A stretch of DNA of 64,000 nt from Roseibacillus sp. (GTDB lineage: Bacteria; Verrucomicrobiota; Verrucomicrobiia; Verrucomicrobiales; Akkermansiaceae): NCBI GenBank assembly GCA_051251855.1, contig JBPOGI010000002.1, forward strand, positions 224,001 to 288,000, written 5' to 3'. Position numbers and translations under genes: made by a program. Under the pieces are notes generated by a model that had not been told where the DNA came from, ran no database searches, and worked only from the letters and a program-made list of their open reading frames with translations. Numbering within the stretch: position 1 is the first letter of the stretch; the number at the start of each line of letters is the position of its first letter. This document shows, in pieces, positions 37,317 to 47,228 of the stretch.

Positions 37317-40300
37317 TTAATGGGATGCTGGTGAGTTGTTGCTCACCGAGCGAAGTGCCGATTTGCGGCAAAAAGCGTAGAAAAATGAGGGAGTGATCGC
37401 GAGGCCCAGGATGGTTGAGCTGATCAACCCTCCGACGATGACAATCGCGACCGGATTCAAAATTTCCTTCCCGGGTTCGTCGGCTGCGATGACGAGGGGA
37501 ATGAGGGCGATGCCAGCGGAAAGGGCGGTCATTAGGACGGGAACCAGTCGCTCTTCAGCTCCTTTTACTATCATGGCTCGATTGAATTCGTGCCCCTCGT
37601 GGCGCATCAGGTGAAGGTAGTGGGAGATCATCATGATGGAGTTGCGAGCGGCGATTCCGGAAATGGCGATGAAGCCCACCAACGTCGCGATGCTGACGTT
37701 GTCCAAGGTCACCCTAGTCAGGAAGACTCCTCCAATCACCGAAATGGGGATGTTGGCGAGAACGAGGAGAACCAGATTGACGCTCTTGAAGTAGCTGAAG
37801 AGTAGAAAGACAATGATTACTAGAACTACGCCGGACATGATGACGATTCGTCGAGTGGCATCCTGTTGGGCCTGATACTCACCTTCAAACGAGATGCTGT
37901 AACCCGGTGGCAGAGTCACTTCCGCGTCCACTTTTTCTTTGAGCTGCTCGACAACTCCTCCCAAGTCGTCAGTGGTGGGGTTGATAGAGACGACGTAGCG
38001 TCTTTGGGTGTTTTCTCGGAGGATATTGTTGGGTCCTTTGGCTTGTCGAATGTCGGCTACGTAGGAGAGTGGAATCCGGTCGCCATGAAGGGTGTCGATA
38101 TAGAGTGATTGCAGTCGCTCCGGTGATTCACGCCATTCAAGTGGAAGTCGGATAACCAAATCATAAGCCCTCTCTCCCTCATAGACCTCAGTCAGCTCTT
38201 TGCCCCCCAAGAGGGCGGCAAGTTGTTCATTGAGGATTCCGGGCGAGACCCCGTAGGCGGCCGCTCGCTTTCGGTCGATCTCGATACGCAGCTGAGGAAC
38301 GGGAGCTTGCTGTTCTGCGCGTGCTTCTTCGAGTCCTGGGATACTACGGGCAACAGAGACGACTTGAGCTCCGATTTTTCCGATCTCATCGAGGTCGGGA
38401 CCGAATATTTTTACTGCCACCTGGGCCGAGACGCCGCTCAACATGTGACCAATGCGGTCTGCCAGTGGCCCACTCACCACACTGAAGCTGCCGGGAATAC
38501 TGGCCATCGTTTGGCTGATGTCTGCTGAGATTTCATCACGTTCGCGAGTTGTTTCGGGATCGAACTCGATATCGAACTCGACCGTTGAAACGGGGACCAC
38601 ATGATCACCTCTCTCGGCTCGGCCCACTCGGAAGCCAACCGTTTCTACTCCGGGAATTTTTAAGAGAAGATCCTCGGCTGTATGGGCTAAATTCGTGGTT
38701 GTCGCGAGGGAGGTTCCCGGCGACATGGTGGTTGCAACAATCGCAGTGGGTTCGCGAAATCCGGGCAGGAAGTTCGACCCCATTTTATTGTAGGTGATTC
38801 CAGTGAAGGCGAGCAGAACCAGAGTGAGAAGAAGGAGAAGCGCGGGTTGGGACACGGCTAGTTTGAGCCACGTATTGGTGAACAACCATTTCAAGCCTCT
38901 CACAAGCCAAGTGTCCTTATGGACTTTGCCTGGCTTGGGATTGAGGAGGAGGGAACTCAGGACCGGAATGACGGTCAGCGACACCACGAACGAGGCCGCC
39001 ATGCTGACGATGGTCGCGATAGCGATAGGGGCGAAGAGCTTTCCTTCCACTCCCGAAAGCCCCAGCAAGGGAACGAAAACGAGGATGATTAAGATGGTGG
39101 CGTAGAGAATCGAGGAACGCACTTCTGCTGATGCTGTGGCAATGACCTCCAGCCGGTTGCGGGGAGAACCGGCGGAGGCGTTTTCCCGCAGGCGTCGATA
39201 GACATTCTCCACATCGACGATGGCATCATCGACAACCATGCCGATGGCGACCGCGAGCCCACCTAAGGTCATGGAGTTGACGCCCAGATCAAAGAGGTCA
39301 AATACGAGGATCGCAATTCCGAGTGAAAGCGGGATCGCGGTCAACGTGATGAAGGTGATGCGAAAGTTGAGCAGGAAGAGAAAGAGAATCACGGAAACCA
39401 TAATGGCCCCGTCTCGCAGAGCTTCTTCCAAGTTGCCCACTGCGAGTTCGATAAAGTCTGACTGACGGTAGACGGGTAGTAACTCTACTCCTTCGGGGAG
39501 AGTTTTGCGCAGGTCTTCGAGAGCTTCCTCAACCTTTTCAGTCAAGGCCAAGGTGTCGAAGCCGGGTGATTTGGTGACGCTGAGAATGACTCCAGGGTAG
39601 CCTTTGGCTTGATCGCCTTCTTCGGTAAGAAGGTGACTTCCCAAGCCAGCGTCGCCTCGCATGGGTTCAATACCCCATTGAATATCTGCGACGTCATGAA
39701 GCTGAATGATGCGGTCGTCCTTATAACTGACCACGGTCTCACCAATCGCTTCCAGGTCCGAGGTCATGGCGAGGTTGCGTACCATGATCTCTTGGGAGGT
39801 TTCGGTGAGGAATCCGCCGGTGGTGTTCTTGACCGAATTGGCGGCAGCTTCACTGATTTCATCAAAGGTCACCCCAAGGGCTACCATTTGCTCGGGATCA
39901 GGCAGGATTTGCACCTGCTTGATTCCGCCTCCCATACCCAAGACCTCCGCAATTCCGGGGATGGATTGCAGACGACGGGCGATGGTCCAGTCACCAAGGG
40001 TGCGGAGTTCGCGGGGTTCGACTTCTCCGGACGGGTCGATGATGCCAACGAGCATGATTTCGCCCATCAGTGAGGAGACCGGGGTCATGTAGGGGGTGAC
40101 GCCTTCGGGTAAGTTTTCCGAGACTCCCGTCAGCCGTTCCTGAACGAACTGGCGGGCCTGATAGATGTCGGTGCCCCAATCGAATTCGACGAAGATGAGG
40201 GAGAGCGCGACGTCATTAACCGAGCGTAAGCGCGTGACCCCACTGACTCCCATCAAGGAATTCTCCAAGGGGAGGGTGACTAAAGTTTCAACCTCCTCAG

Positions 40301-40472
40301 GAGCCAAGCCCGGAGACTCGGTGAGAATGGTGACTGTGGGTTTGGTGAGGTCGGGTAAGACATCAACGGGGAGTTGGGTTGCCTTCCGAATGCCAAGGAA
40401 GAGGCAGAGCCCCGCCAAAATGAGAATGAGTCCCCGCTGTGCGAGCGAGAAGCGAATGAGGTGATTAAGCAT
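37317..40472 (-). CDS. czcA: CzcA/CusA-family heavy-metal RND transporter
   Basis: LPVDVLPD, GLAPEEVE, LGGLAVAIGMVVDDAIVDVEN, ERLVPVLMT. Likely start ATG 40472 overlapping the adaptor stop. Confidence 0.9.
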   Translation of the reverse strand: MLNHLIRFSLAQRGLILILAGLCLFLGIRKATQLPVDVLPDLTKPTVTILTESPGLAPEEVETLVTLPLENSLMGVSGVTRLRSVNDVALSLIFVEFDWGTDIYQARQFVQERLTGVSENLPEGVTPYMTPVSSLMGEIMLVGIIDPSGEVEPRELRTLGDWTIARRLQSIPGIAEVLGMGGGIKQVQILPDPEQMVALGVTFDEISEAAANSVKNTTGGFLTETSQEIMVRNLAMTSDLEAIGETVVSYKDDRIIQLHDVADIQWGIEPMRGDAGLGSHLLTEEGDQAKGYPGVILSVTKSPGFDTLALTEKVEEALEDLRKTLPEGVELLPVYRQSDFIELAVGNLEEALRDGAIMVSVILFLFLLNFRITFITLTAIPLSLGIAILVFDLFDLGVNSMTLGGLAVAIGMVVDDAIVDVENVYRRLRENASAGSPRNRLEVIATASAEVRSSILYATILIILVFVPLLGLSGVEGKLFAPIAIATIVSMAASFVVSLTVIPVLSSLLLNPKPGKVHKDTWLVRGLKWLFTNTWLKLAVSQPALLLLLTLVLLAFTGITYNKMGSNFLPGFREPTAIVATTMSPGTSLATTTNLAHTAEDLLLKIPGVETVGFRVGRAERGDHVVPVSTVEFDIEFDPETTRERDEISADISQTMASIPGSFSVVSGPLADRIGHMLSGVSAQVAVKIFGPDLDEIGKIGAQVVSVARSIPGLEEARAEQQAPVPQLRIEIDRKRAAAYGVSPGILNEQLAALLGGKELTEVYEGERAYDLVIRLPLEWRESPERLQSLYIDTLHGDRIPLSYVADIRQAKGPNNILRENTQRRYVVSINPTTDDLGGVVEQLKEKVDAEVTLPPGYSISFEGEYQAQQDATRRIVIMSGVVLVIIVFLLFSYFKSVNLVLLVLANIPISVIGGVFLTRVTLDNVSIATLVGFIAISGIAARNSIMMISHYLHLMRHEGHEFNRAMIVKGAEERLVPVLMTALSAGIALIPLVIAADEPGKEILNPVAIVIVGGLISSTILGLAITPSFFYAFCRKSALRSVSNNSPASH

Positions 40473-41622
40473 CGTTCTTTTTCTCCTTTCGACGTTGGTT
40501 CCAGAGAAGTTGTGCAGTGATGACGAAGAGGACAGTCGCTGTGATAGCCCAAGCCAAAACGAGTGGGCTGGAGGAAGCGCCTCCGCCGAGACCTCCCTGT
40601 CCTTCGGGAGTGAGACCCTGTGCTTTCGCGCGAGCGGACTTCTGGTCATCGGTCATGATAGAGCCGTCTTCGTTGTGTTCGTGGCCATGAGCGGCATCGA
40701 GAGCTTCCTTGAGCGATATGCCACCACCTCCTCCCGCGAAGCTGAGCGGGTAGGAGCCTTTGGTGACCACTTCGTCTCCAGGGAAAACGCCACTGATGAC
40801 CTCAACCGAGTGCTGGTTCCATTCCCCAAGCACGACCGAGGATTTGATGAAGGCGTTTTCAAGCTCAAAGTCCTTTAGAAATACGACCCGGTCGGTGGGG
40901 CTTCCTTGAATAGCATCTCGCGGGATAGAAAGAACGTCTTCCCGTTGCTCGGTGATGAGGGAGAATTCGACGCGCATTCCAGGTTGCAGAAGCCCTTTGG
41001 GATTGGGAATCTCGAAGATGCCGGAAACGGTGCCGAGGTCGCGGTCGGCTTCCAGTCCGTAGCGGGTGAGAGTGGCTTTGACCTCGAAGTCGGGAACGGC
41101 CGGAATACGGAGTCTAGCAGCGCTTCCAATGCTGAGCTTGGCTGCTTCTTGCTCGGGGATACGAGCAACTGCCCACATCATACTTCGGTCGGTGATGTCG
41201 AGAAGCTCGCTGTCTGGCTCCACCGGTTGTCCTACCCGGGCATGGGAACTCACGACAAGGCCGGAGCGCGGTGCTACGAGTGAGATAGTAGGGGGCGGGT
41301 TGCCGGGTTGGCGGCTTTCAATCTGGGCCAAAGCCTGTCCTTCTTGGACTTGGTCCCCTTCATAGACATCAATGGAAACGACTCGACCGGGAATGCGAGA
41401 AGAGAGAACCGATCGCCGAGACGGGATTTCTTCCAAGCGGCCAATAGCAAACACAGTAGTCTCGAAGTTTTCTTCTTCGACTATGACTGTTTCGATACCG
41501 AGGTTTTGAACGGCCTGTTCGGTGAGGATGATGGTGTTGGTGACCCGACTGCTATCGGGTGCCTCCTCAGCTTGGAGGAGAAAGAGGCTGAAAAAAGAGG
41601 AGAGAGGTAAAAATGGTTTCAT
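40465..41622 (-). CDS. RND periplasmic adaptor (CzcB-like) with very short hairpin and C-terminal TM helix
   Basis: SRIPGRV...GDQVQEGQAL, APRSG.V, LQPGM, GDEVVTKG; HGHEH motif and hydrophobic C-terminus. Confidence 0.85.
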   Translation of the reverse strand: MKPFLPLSSFFSLFLLQAEEAPDSSRVTNTIILTEQAVQNLGIETVIVEEENFETTVFAIGRLEEIPSRRSVLSSRIPGRVVSIDVYEGDQVQEGQALAQIESRQPGNPPPTISLVAPRSGLVVSSHARVGQPVEPDSELLDITDRSMMWAVARIPEQEAAKLSIGSAARLRIPAVPDFEVKATLTRYGLEADRDLGTVSGIFEIPNPKGLLQPGMRVEFSLITEQREDVLSIPRDAIQGSPTDRVVFLKDFELENAFIKSSVVLGEWNQHSVEVISGVFPGDEVVTKGSYPLSFAGGGGGISLKEALDAAHGHEHNEDGSIMTDDQKSARAKAQGLTPEGQGGLGGGASSSPLVLAWAITATVLFVITAQLLWNQRRKEKKNDA

Positions 41623-41630
41623 GATTTTGA

Positions 41631-42869
41631 CTAGTTGAGTCCGGCAGCGGCTTCGTAGCGCACGCGGGCAAGGTGAAATTGTTTAAGAGTTTCAATACGG
41701 GTGTTAGAGAGGTCGAGTTTTTGCTCTCGGGCTCGCAGAGTGGCTTGTAAATCGCCCAAGCCTTTGCGGTAGGCCTCTTCGGAGTCGCGGGCTAATTTGC
41801 CGGCCTCGGCCAGGAGGCTTTGGTCGAGTTCTTGTAAAAGACCGGCCCAAGTGGTCATCTCTTGATAAGCGGCCTCCGCTTCGTTGATGATCTCTTTGAC
41901 CAGTGCCTGGCTTTCGAGGGTCTTGCGGTTGGTTCGAGCCTGCGCCTCTTCGATTGCGGCTTCATTTTTTTGCCAGAAGGGAAGGGCGAGCCTGACTCGA
42001 AAACCAATCGTTCCCTCGTTTTGGAGACCTTCCGGCGCATCCTCAAACCGCTCGTAACCAGCGACCACTCCCAGTTCGATATCGTCATAGCGACGAGCCT
42101 TTTGGAGCTCGATGTTCTCTGCTGCTGCCTGAGCTGCGAAGACGGAGGCTTGGTAGGCGGGATGGTTTGCGAGATTGACTTGTCCTTTTTGGAAAGCAGG
42201 GGTTGTCAGCTGCTGTCCTGCGATGCGAAGAGTGTCGGTAGGATCCATGCCGAGTAGTGGCTTCACCTTGCCCGTGGCCGAGATTTCGGCAGCGCGAAGG
42301 GTGGGGATTTCCGCTTTCAGTTTGGCGGCGTCCAGCTTGGCCTGCGCGGCATCAAGGGAGGAGAGTTCACCCCGGCTGGCAGCGTCCGCAATGAATCCTC
42401 CCAGCGACTGGGCGACTTCAGCTTGTTGGGCTCGTAGGGCCTGTTGATGACGCAAGGTGATGATTTCGATGATGAGCGTGCGTGCTTCCACGATAAGCAC
42501 GCGCTCGACCTCTTGGATTTCTGCTTTGGCTTGCTGGAGCAAGGTGCTCGAAACTCTCTTTTCCAAAGCCAGTTTTTCGGTGACCGGGAATCGTTGCGAG
42601 ATGCCAATTTCGAGACCTCTTTCTTGCAACGATGAAGCTTGGTCGAAACCAAATTCGAGTTCTGGATTTTGCCTTAACCCAGCGCCCCGAAGTCGCGCTT
42701 CAGCTTCAGCGATTTTCCATCGCGCAGCTGCGAGGGAAGGGTTATCTGCGGAGATCCGCCGAGGAATCGTGTCCAGCCCCACAATGAGGCCGGACCGGTC
42801 TGATGCCGCAGCAGGAAGCCACAGCATCAGGAATAGCGGTGTAAAAAATAGTTTTTGGAAAGGATTCAT
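41631..42869 (-). CDS. TolC/CzcC family outer-membrane protein
   Basis: NPSLAAA...QNPEL, LPFWQKN, AYRKG; first gene of the RND trio. Confidence 0.88.
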   Translation of the reverse strand: MNPFQKLFFTPLFLMLWLPAAASDRSGLIVGLDTIPRRISADNPSLAAARWKIAEAEARLRGAGLRQNPELEFGFDQASSLQERGLEIGISQRFPVTEKLALEKRVSSTLLQQAKAEIQEVERVLIVEARTLIIEIITLRHQQALRAQQAEVAQSLGGFIADAASRGELSSLDAAQAKLDAAKLKAEIPTLRAAEISATGKVKPLLGMDPTDTLRIAGQQLTTPAFQKGQVNLANHPAYQASVFAAQAAAENIELQKARRYDDIELGVVAGYERFEDAPEGLQNEGTIGFRVRLALPFWQKNEAAIEEAQARTNRKTLESQALVKEIINEAEAAYQEMTTWAGLLQELDQSLLAEAGKLARDSEEAYRKGLGDLQATLRAREQKLDLSNTRIETLKQFHLARVRYEAAAGLN

Positions 42870-43082
42870 AGTGTTTGCATGCAGGCACGCGATCTCCGCC
42901 TGAGGTGCGGATGGGTAAAAATTGCAGGGATAAAGACACGACCTACCCGTAGCTTGTTAGGGAAAGTCCAAGGTACGAACGCCTAGAAGGTGCGAGAAAA
43001 GTGGAAGTGAGAACTTCCAAAACCCCGATTAGGGGAAAGCACACAGCCGAGTTAGCTGGGCAGCAGCGTCCGTTAGAGAAGA

Positions 43083-43448
43083 CTATCCTCGCGGAGGACG
43101 GTCTAACTCCTGCGGTTGTCCGTCAGGCAAACGATGGTTTACAAACTGAAAATTTGACGGAGAACGGAATTCAGAGAAAAGAGCATTCTGAAGGTCAGGG
43201 AGAACAAAGCTTATGACCACCTGACAACCGTGGTGATGGTCGTGAGGAATCTGAGAATCGTCCCCGGATGAATTGTCCTCAGGTGATGTGTCGCCATTAT
43301 CTTCGGATTCGTGATGGTGACTACAAGAAGAACAATCCTTTTCGGGAATCAAAGAGTGCTCACCGGGCTGACCACAAGTCTGCACCGATGCGCTCATCGA
43401 AGAAACGAAGAGGCTGCAGATTAGGAAGATGGCGGTGAGGACTTTCAA
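43083..43448 (-). CDS. His/Cys-rich leader ORF heading the czc operon (CzcI/DUF2946-like architecture, RPP C-terminus)
   Basis: Signal-like N-terminus, CSSCSHHH, HDHHHGC, terminal ELDRPPRG; TTG start. Confidence 0.7.
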   Translation of the reverse strand: MKVLTAIFLICSLFVSSMSASVQTCGQPGEHSLIPEKDCSSCSHHHESEDNGDTSPEDNSSGDDSQIPHDHHHGCQVVISFVLPDLQNALFSEFRSPSNFQFVNHRLPDGQPQELDRPPRG

Positions 43449-43469
43449 CGGATTTTTCTTAGGAGTAAG

Positions 43470-43498
43470 AAAGTAGCCTGTTTATTCCAGATGTTCAA
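43470..43498 (-). promoter_or_regulatory. Putative sigma70 promoter for the czc operon
   Basis: Minus strand TTGAAC-N17-TACTTT; the -35 overlaps the inverted repeat TTCAAA-N-TTTGAA. Confidence 0.5.
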
Positions 43499-43663
43499 AG
43501 CTTTTTTGAAATCGGAGCAGTTTTTCCGAGGGATAGGCAAAATTGAAAGTGGATAGCTTGTGATTTAACGCTCTCTTCCAATAGAGACGAATGGAGGTGG
43601 TTGACTTGAAGGATCATTGGTTTTCAAATCGAAGCCTTTCGTTGCCTTGTGGCTACGGACTTT

Positions 43664-45862
43664 TCAGACGTAATCAACCATTTCGCCCAGTATTTTTCTG
43701 ATACAATCAGTTGCTTCGGCCATGGGGACAGCGCGGCTGCAGTTAACTCTCAACAGAATCTCGGAAGGGAGGAAGGTGTCGTATTTTTCCAAGTGTTGGT
43801 TGGGCAATATCTCAGCAATCTCAGCTGATGAAAACCCTCCGGCGGCGATTGTTCGAAAATGGGTTTCGAGTTCATCTTTGGTGCACTTGTAATGAAGGCT
43901 GATTTTTCGCTGCTCGCAGGGGATGGAGGCAAGCTTGGCACAGAGAGCAAGGGTTCTCATGACTTCCGAGCTACTCCATGGAAAGACGATGCAGGCATTT
44001 TTCTCGGAAGCAAATGAGCCGTTTCCTTTCAACTTACCTGCCGCATAGTGACGGGCTCTGCTCAACTGTTCTTGGCTATCCTTGTGGAGGTAACGGTAGC
44101 CATTCTCCGACCGGAGAACCTCCCGCATTTTTTCTCGAATCTTGCTGTGAACGCTTCCGGGCTCGCCGAGAAAAATGGGTGGTTTCTTTCCCTTGCCGGG
44201 AATGACATCCACCGTTCGCGAGGAACTCTCGATGACCTCTACCTGCCACCTGCGACCATTCAGAATCAGGAATTCACCTTCAGGAGGAATCGTGTCCGCT
44301 GGGAGAAGTCCTATTTTTTTTCCCTGATTACGAATGGAGAAATCCTCCGAGGATTTAAATGCTGCGTAGAAGTCGCGGTCATGCGTGATGGCTTCCCCCT
44401 TCGGCGTTAATATGAGAAGGCCTTCGGGCATTTGCTCAATGACCTCCTGTTTTCCCAGTTCTCGAAGGATGCTAGTAAAATCAGGTTGGCTGATAGTTCG
44501 GAAGCAACCCCGGGTGCAAAGCGTCCGAAAAATTCGAGTCACTTCGGCCCCTCCGGTTTGGCGCAAGATGCTGAGGACTTGTTGAACAAATACGCTGAGA
44601 TGGTGGTTGGGGTTTGGCGTGGGTTCGAGCCATCGTTTGAGCATCAACTCGATCAATGCGATGCTTTGCAGCAACTGTGGGAAGAGAAAGTCCTCCGGAA
44701 GCGAGGCTTGTGTGGGAGGTTCGTCGAGCGAATACATGCGTAGGATGGACGAGGCTCCTTCTTGACGACCAGACCGACCAACTCGCTGCACGAGTGAAGC
44801 CACTGAAAAGGTGGGGCCGAGTTGGCCCACGGAATAGGCGCTGCCGATATCGATCCCCATCTCCAGTGTGCTCGTGCAAAAGACCGAGAGGGGTTTCCCT
44901 TTTTTGAGTTCTTCTTCTACTGATTCTCGGACTTCCTTGGAGAGGGAGCCGTGGTGAATAGCGAAGGGGTTTTGGGGCCAGCGTTCTGCTTTTGCCTTTG
45001 CTGAAATTCCCTCGGTGAGAAGTTCTGCCAACGCCCGCTGATTGGTGAAGATGAGATTGGTGTGGCGTCTGAAGACCCGGCTCAATTCGTCGACGAGTAG
45101 ATCCACCGGCTGCTTTTTATAAGCTGGTGTCTCTTCCTGTTTTTCAGGCTTTCTGGAGTTTGGTTTCGGAAATGCACGAAGGCCAATTTTGAGTTCGTTG
45201 GAACCTGCCTCATCCTGAATGAGCGAGACTCTATCCGGCGAATCTGGATGGAGGAATGCACGAGCCGAATCGAAGGAGGCAAGGGTCGCTGAAAGTCCGA
45301 TATGGCGGGGGCGTTCAGTAGAAATCTCAATGACCCGGGAAAGAAGCGAAGAAAGGTGCGTACCTCGCACGTCACCCAAGAAGTCGTGAAGCTCGTCAAT
45401 GACGATGTATCGTGTCAGGCCAAACATCTGGGGAAGCTTGTTCCCGTAGTTGATAAAACAAGATTCCAGAGACTCGGGAGTGATCAGAAGAACTCCTGAA
45501 GGTTTGCTTCTCAGCTTTGCCTTTGCGCTCGCGAGCACGTCTCCATGCCAGCGATGCACCTGAATATCTGCGTGAGCTGCGATTCCTGAAATGCGTTCAA
45601 ACTGATCATTGATGAGAGCCTTGAGGGGGGCGACGCAAAGCGCGGAGATTCCGCCAGACGGGTTTTCACAGAGGTCCGACAACAGCGGGAGGAAAGCGGC
45701 CTCGGTCTTCCCCGAGGCCGTGGACGCCGCGATGATAAGGTCATCGGTTGACGCAGAGAAATGTTCAATCGACTTGCTTTGAATCGGACGCAGGCTTGGC
45801 CACTTCTGTTCCCACAGAAATTCCTGAATGGGGCGGGCCAATCTGGAGAAGCTATCCGCCAT
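43664..45862 (-). CDS. sngC: Shango Lhr-like DEAD/DEAH helicase
   Basis: ASTASGKT, DELH, SAT, HHGSL, TSTLEMGIDIG, QRVGRSGR; third gene after TerB and DUF2791 genes. Confidence 0.85.
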   Translation of the reverse strand: MADSFSRLARPIQEFLWEQKWPSLRPIQSKSIEHFSASTDDLIIAASTASGKTEAAFLPLLSDLCENPSGGISALCVAPLKALINDQFERISGIAAHADIQVHRWHGDVLASAKAKLRSKPSGVLLITPESLESCFINYGNKLPQMFGLTRYIVIDELHDFLGDVRGTHLSSLLSRVIEISTERPRHIGLSATLASFDSARAFLHPDSPDRVSLIQDEAGSNELKIGLRAFPKPNSRKPEKQEETPAYKKQPVDLLVDELSRVFRRHTNLIFTNQRALAELLTEGISAKAKAERWPQNPFAIHHGSLSKEVRESVEEELKKGKPLSVFCTSTLEMGIDIGSAYSVGQLGPTFSVASLVQRVGRSGRQEGASSILRMYSLDEPPTQASLPEDFLFPQLLQSIALIELMLKRWLEPTPNPNHHLSVFVQQVLSILRQTGGAEVTRIFRTLCTRGCFRTISQPDFTSILRELGKQEVIEQMPEGLLILTPKGEAITHDRDFYAAFKSSEDFSIRNQGKKIGLLPADTIPPEGEFLILNGRRWQVEVIESSSRTVDVIPGKGKKPPIFLGEPGSVHSKIREKMREVLRSENGYRYLHKDSQEQLSRARHYAAGKLKGNGSFASEKNACIVFPWSSSEVMRTLALCAKLASIPCEQRKISLHYKCTKDELETHFRTIAAGGFSSAEIAEILPNQHLEKYDTFLPSEILLRVNCSRAVPMAEATDCIRKILGEMVDYV

Positions 45863-45875
45863 CAATTCAAGTTTC

Positions 45876-47213
45876 TTAGAGTTTGAAGTCGGCAAGGTCG
45901 TCCGAGGGATCTTCTGTAGCCGTTTCGTTCTCGATTTCCTCCTCTACCGAAGAGCAACCGCTGGGCTTGGTGAAGACTTTCGAGCTTTCGACGGAGAGAA
46001 GGTCTTGCCAAGTTCGGTCTCGATTCTGGTCGAGGATGTTCAGCAGGCCGACAAAGGAGCGGATGATGTCTCTCGGCGTCTTGAAGAATTCCGCCCCCAA
46101 GGTTTCATTGGCTTGCTTGAGGACAGCGAAAATTCCGTCCTCGGGAATGGTTACCTTGGTTGAATCTCCGCCCGCGTGAACGATGGAGATATTTCGGAGT
46201 AGGACAAAGAGGTCTTCCGGAGTGAGGGCTTGAAGTCGAATGACCGGGCCGGAGAGGTCAACCAGGCCGTCGGCTGCGAACTGGTTCTCAGCCAGTCTCG
46301 AACGGAGAGCTTCGTAACTATACAGTCCTCGTCGCTTGTCGGTCAGGCTGTCATCAGTTCCCGCGAGTAGAAACCCAAGATGTTCGGCACGACCTTGGAT
46401 GCAATCGTTGAGAAGGGTGAGGATGGCTTCGAAGTTGGCAGTTCGGGAGCGCGTGCTCGGGAGGCGGTGGGTAAGAACAACAAGTTCATCCAAGGCCACA
46501 AATAAGCCTTGATAGCCTGCTTTTTTGGAAAAGAGCGCGAGTAGTTTGAGGCTTTCGTAAATGGTGTCGTCATCAATGATTCGACGCACCCCCAAGTCTT
46601 GGCGCGCTTCGGTCTTGGTAGTGTATTCGGCTCTGAGCCAGCGCAGACAACAAGCTTTCTTGGTATCGTCTCCCTCTTGCCATGCCAAGTAGTAGAGGCG
46701 AAGAACTTCCGCAAACTCGAACCCTCCCACGAGATTCTGAAATTCTCCAATATCTTCCATAAGACGCCCTTCGACGTCCTCTTCTTTTCCTCCCTTGCTG
46801 AGAACATCATGTCGGACCTCACTGATCCATTTTTCGCAAATTGAAGGCAAAGCATCGCCATCGGGCCGGGAGCGAGTGGCTAGGTTTCGGGTGAGTTCAC
46901 TGTAAAGAGCGCGGGCTTCACCCCCGGAAGCATAGAGACGTCGGTCCATCGAGAAGTCAGCTTGCGCGACCACGAGGTCTTGCTGCAGCACAACTGTGCG
47001 AACGAGATTGATGAAGAAGCTTTTACCGCTGCCAAAACGGCCGACCACAATCCGGAAGGCTGCACCGCCTTCACGGATACGTTCGATGTCGGTGAGAAGA
47101 GCATTGGTTTCTAGTTGGCGGCCAACTTGGATGAGATGGAGGCCCTGACGGGGCACAAGTCCGGCCTGCAGGGATTGAAGGACGGCGTCTTTTTCGCGGC
47201 GCTTGATTTTCAT
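45876..47213 (-). CDS. sngB: Shango P-loop ATPase (DUF2791/BrxD-like)
   Basis: SLQAGLVP..GL..IQVGR, GRFGSGKSFF, VALDE, GLYSYEALRSRL. Confidence 0.88.
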   Translation of the reverse strand: MKIKRREKDAVLQSLQAGLVPRQGLHLIQVGRQLETNALLTDIERIREGGAAFRIVVGRFGSGKSFFINLVRTVVLQQDLVVAQADFSMDRRLYASGGEARALYSELTRNLATRSRPDGDALPSICEKWISEVRHDVLSKGGKEEDVEGRLMEDIGEFQNLVGGFEFAEVLRLYYLAWQEGDDTKKACCLRWLRAEYTTKTEARQDLGVRRIIDDDTIYESLKLLALFSKKAGYQGLFVALDELVVLTHRLPSTRSRTANFEAILTLLNDCIQGRAEHLGFLLAGTDDSLTDKRRGLYSYEALRSRLAENQFAADGLVDLSGPVIRLQALTPEDLFVLLRNISIVHAGGDSTKVTIPEDGIFAVLKQANETLGAEFFKTPRDIIRSFVGLLNILDQNRDRTWQDLLSVESSKVFTKPSGCSSVEEEIENETATEDPSDDLADFKL

Positions 47214-47228
47214 TGTGATAGAGAGGTG

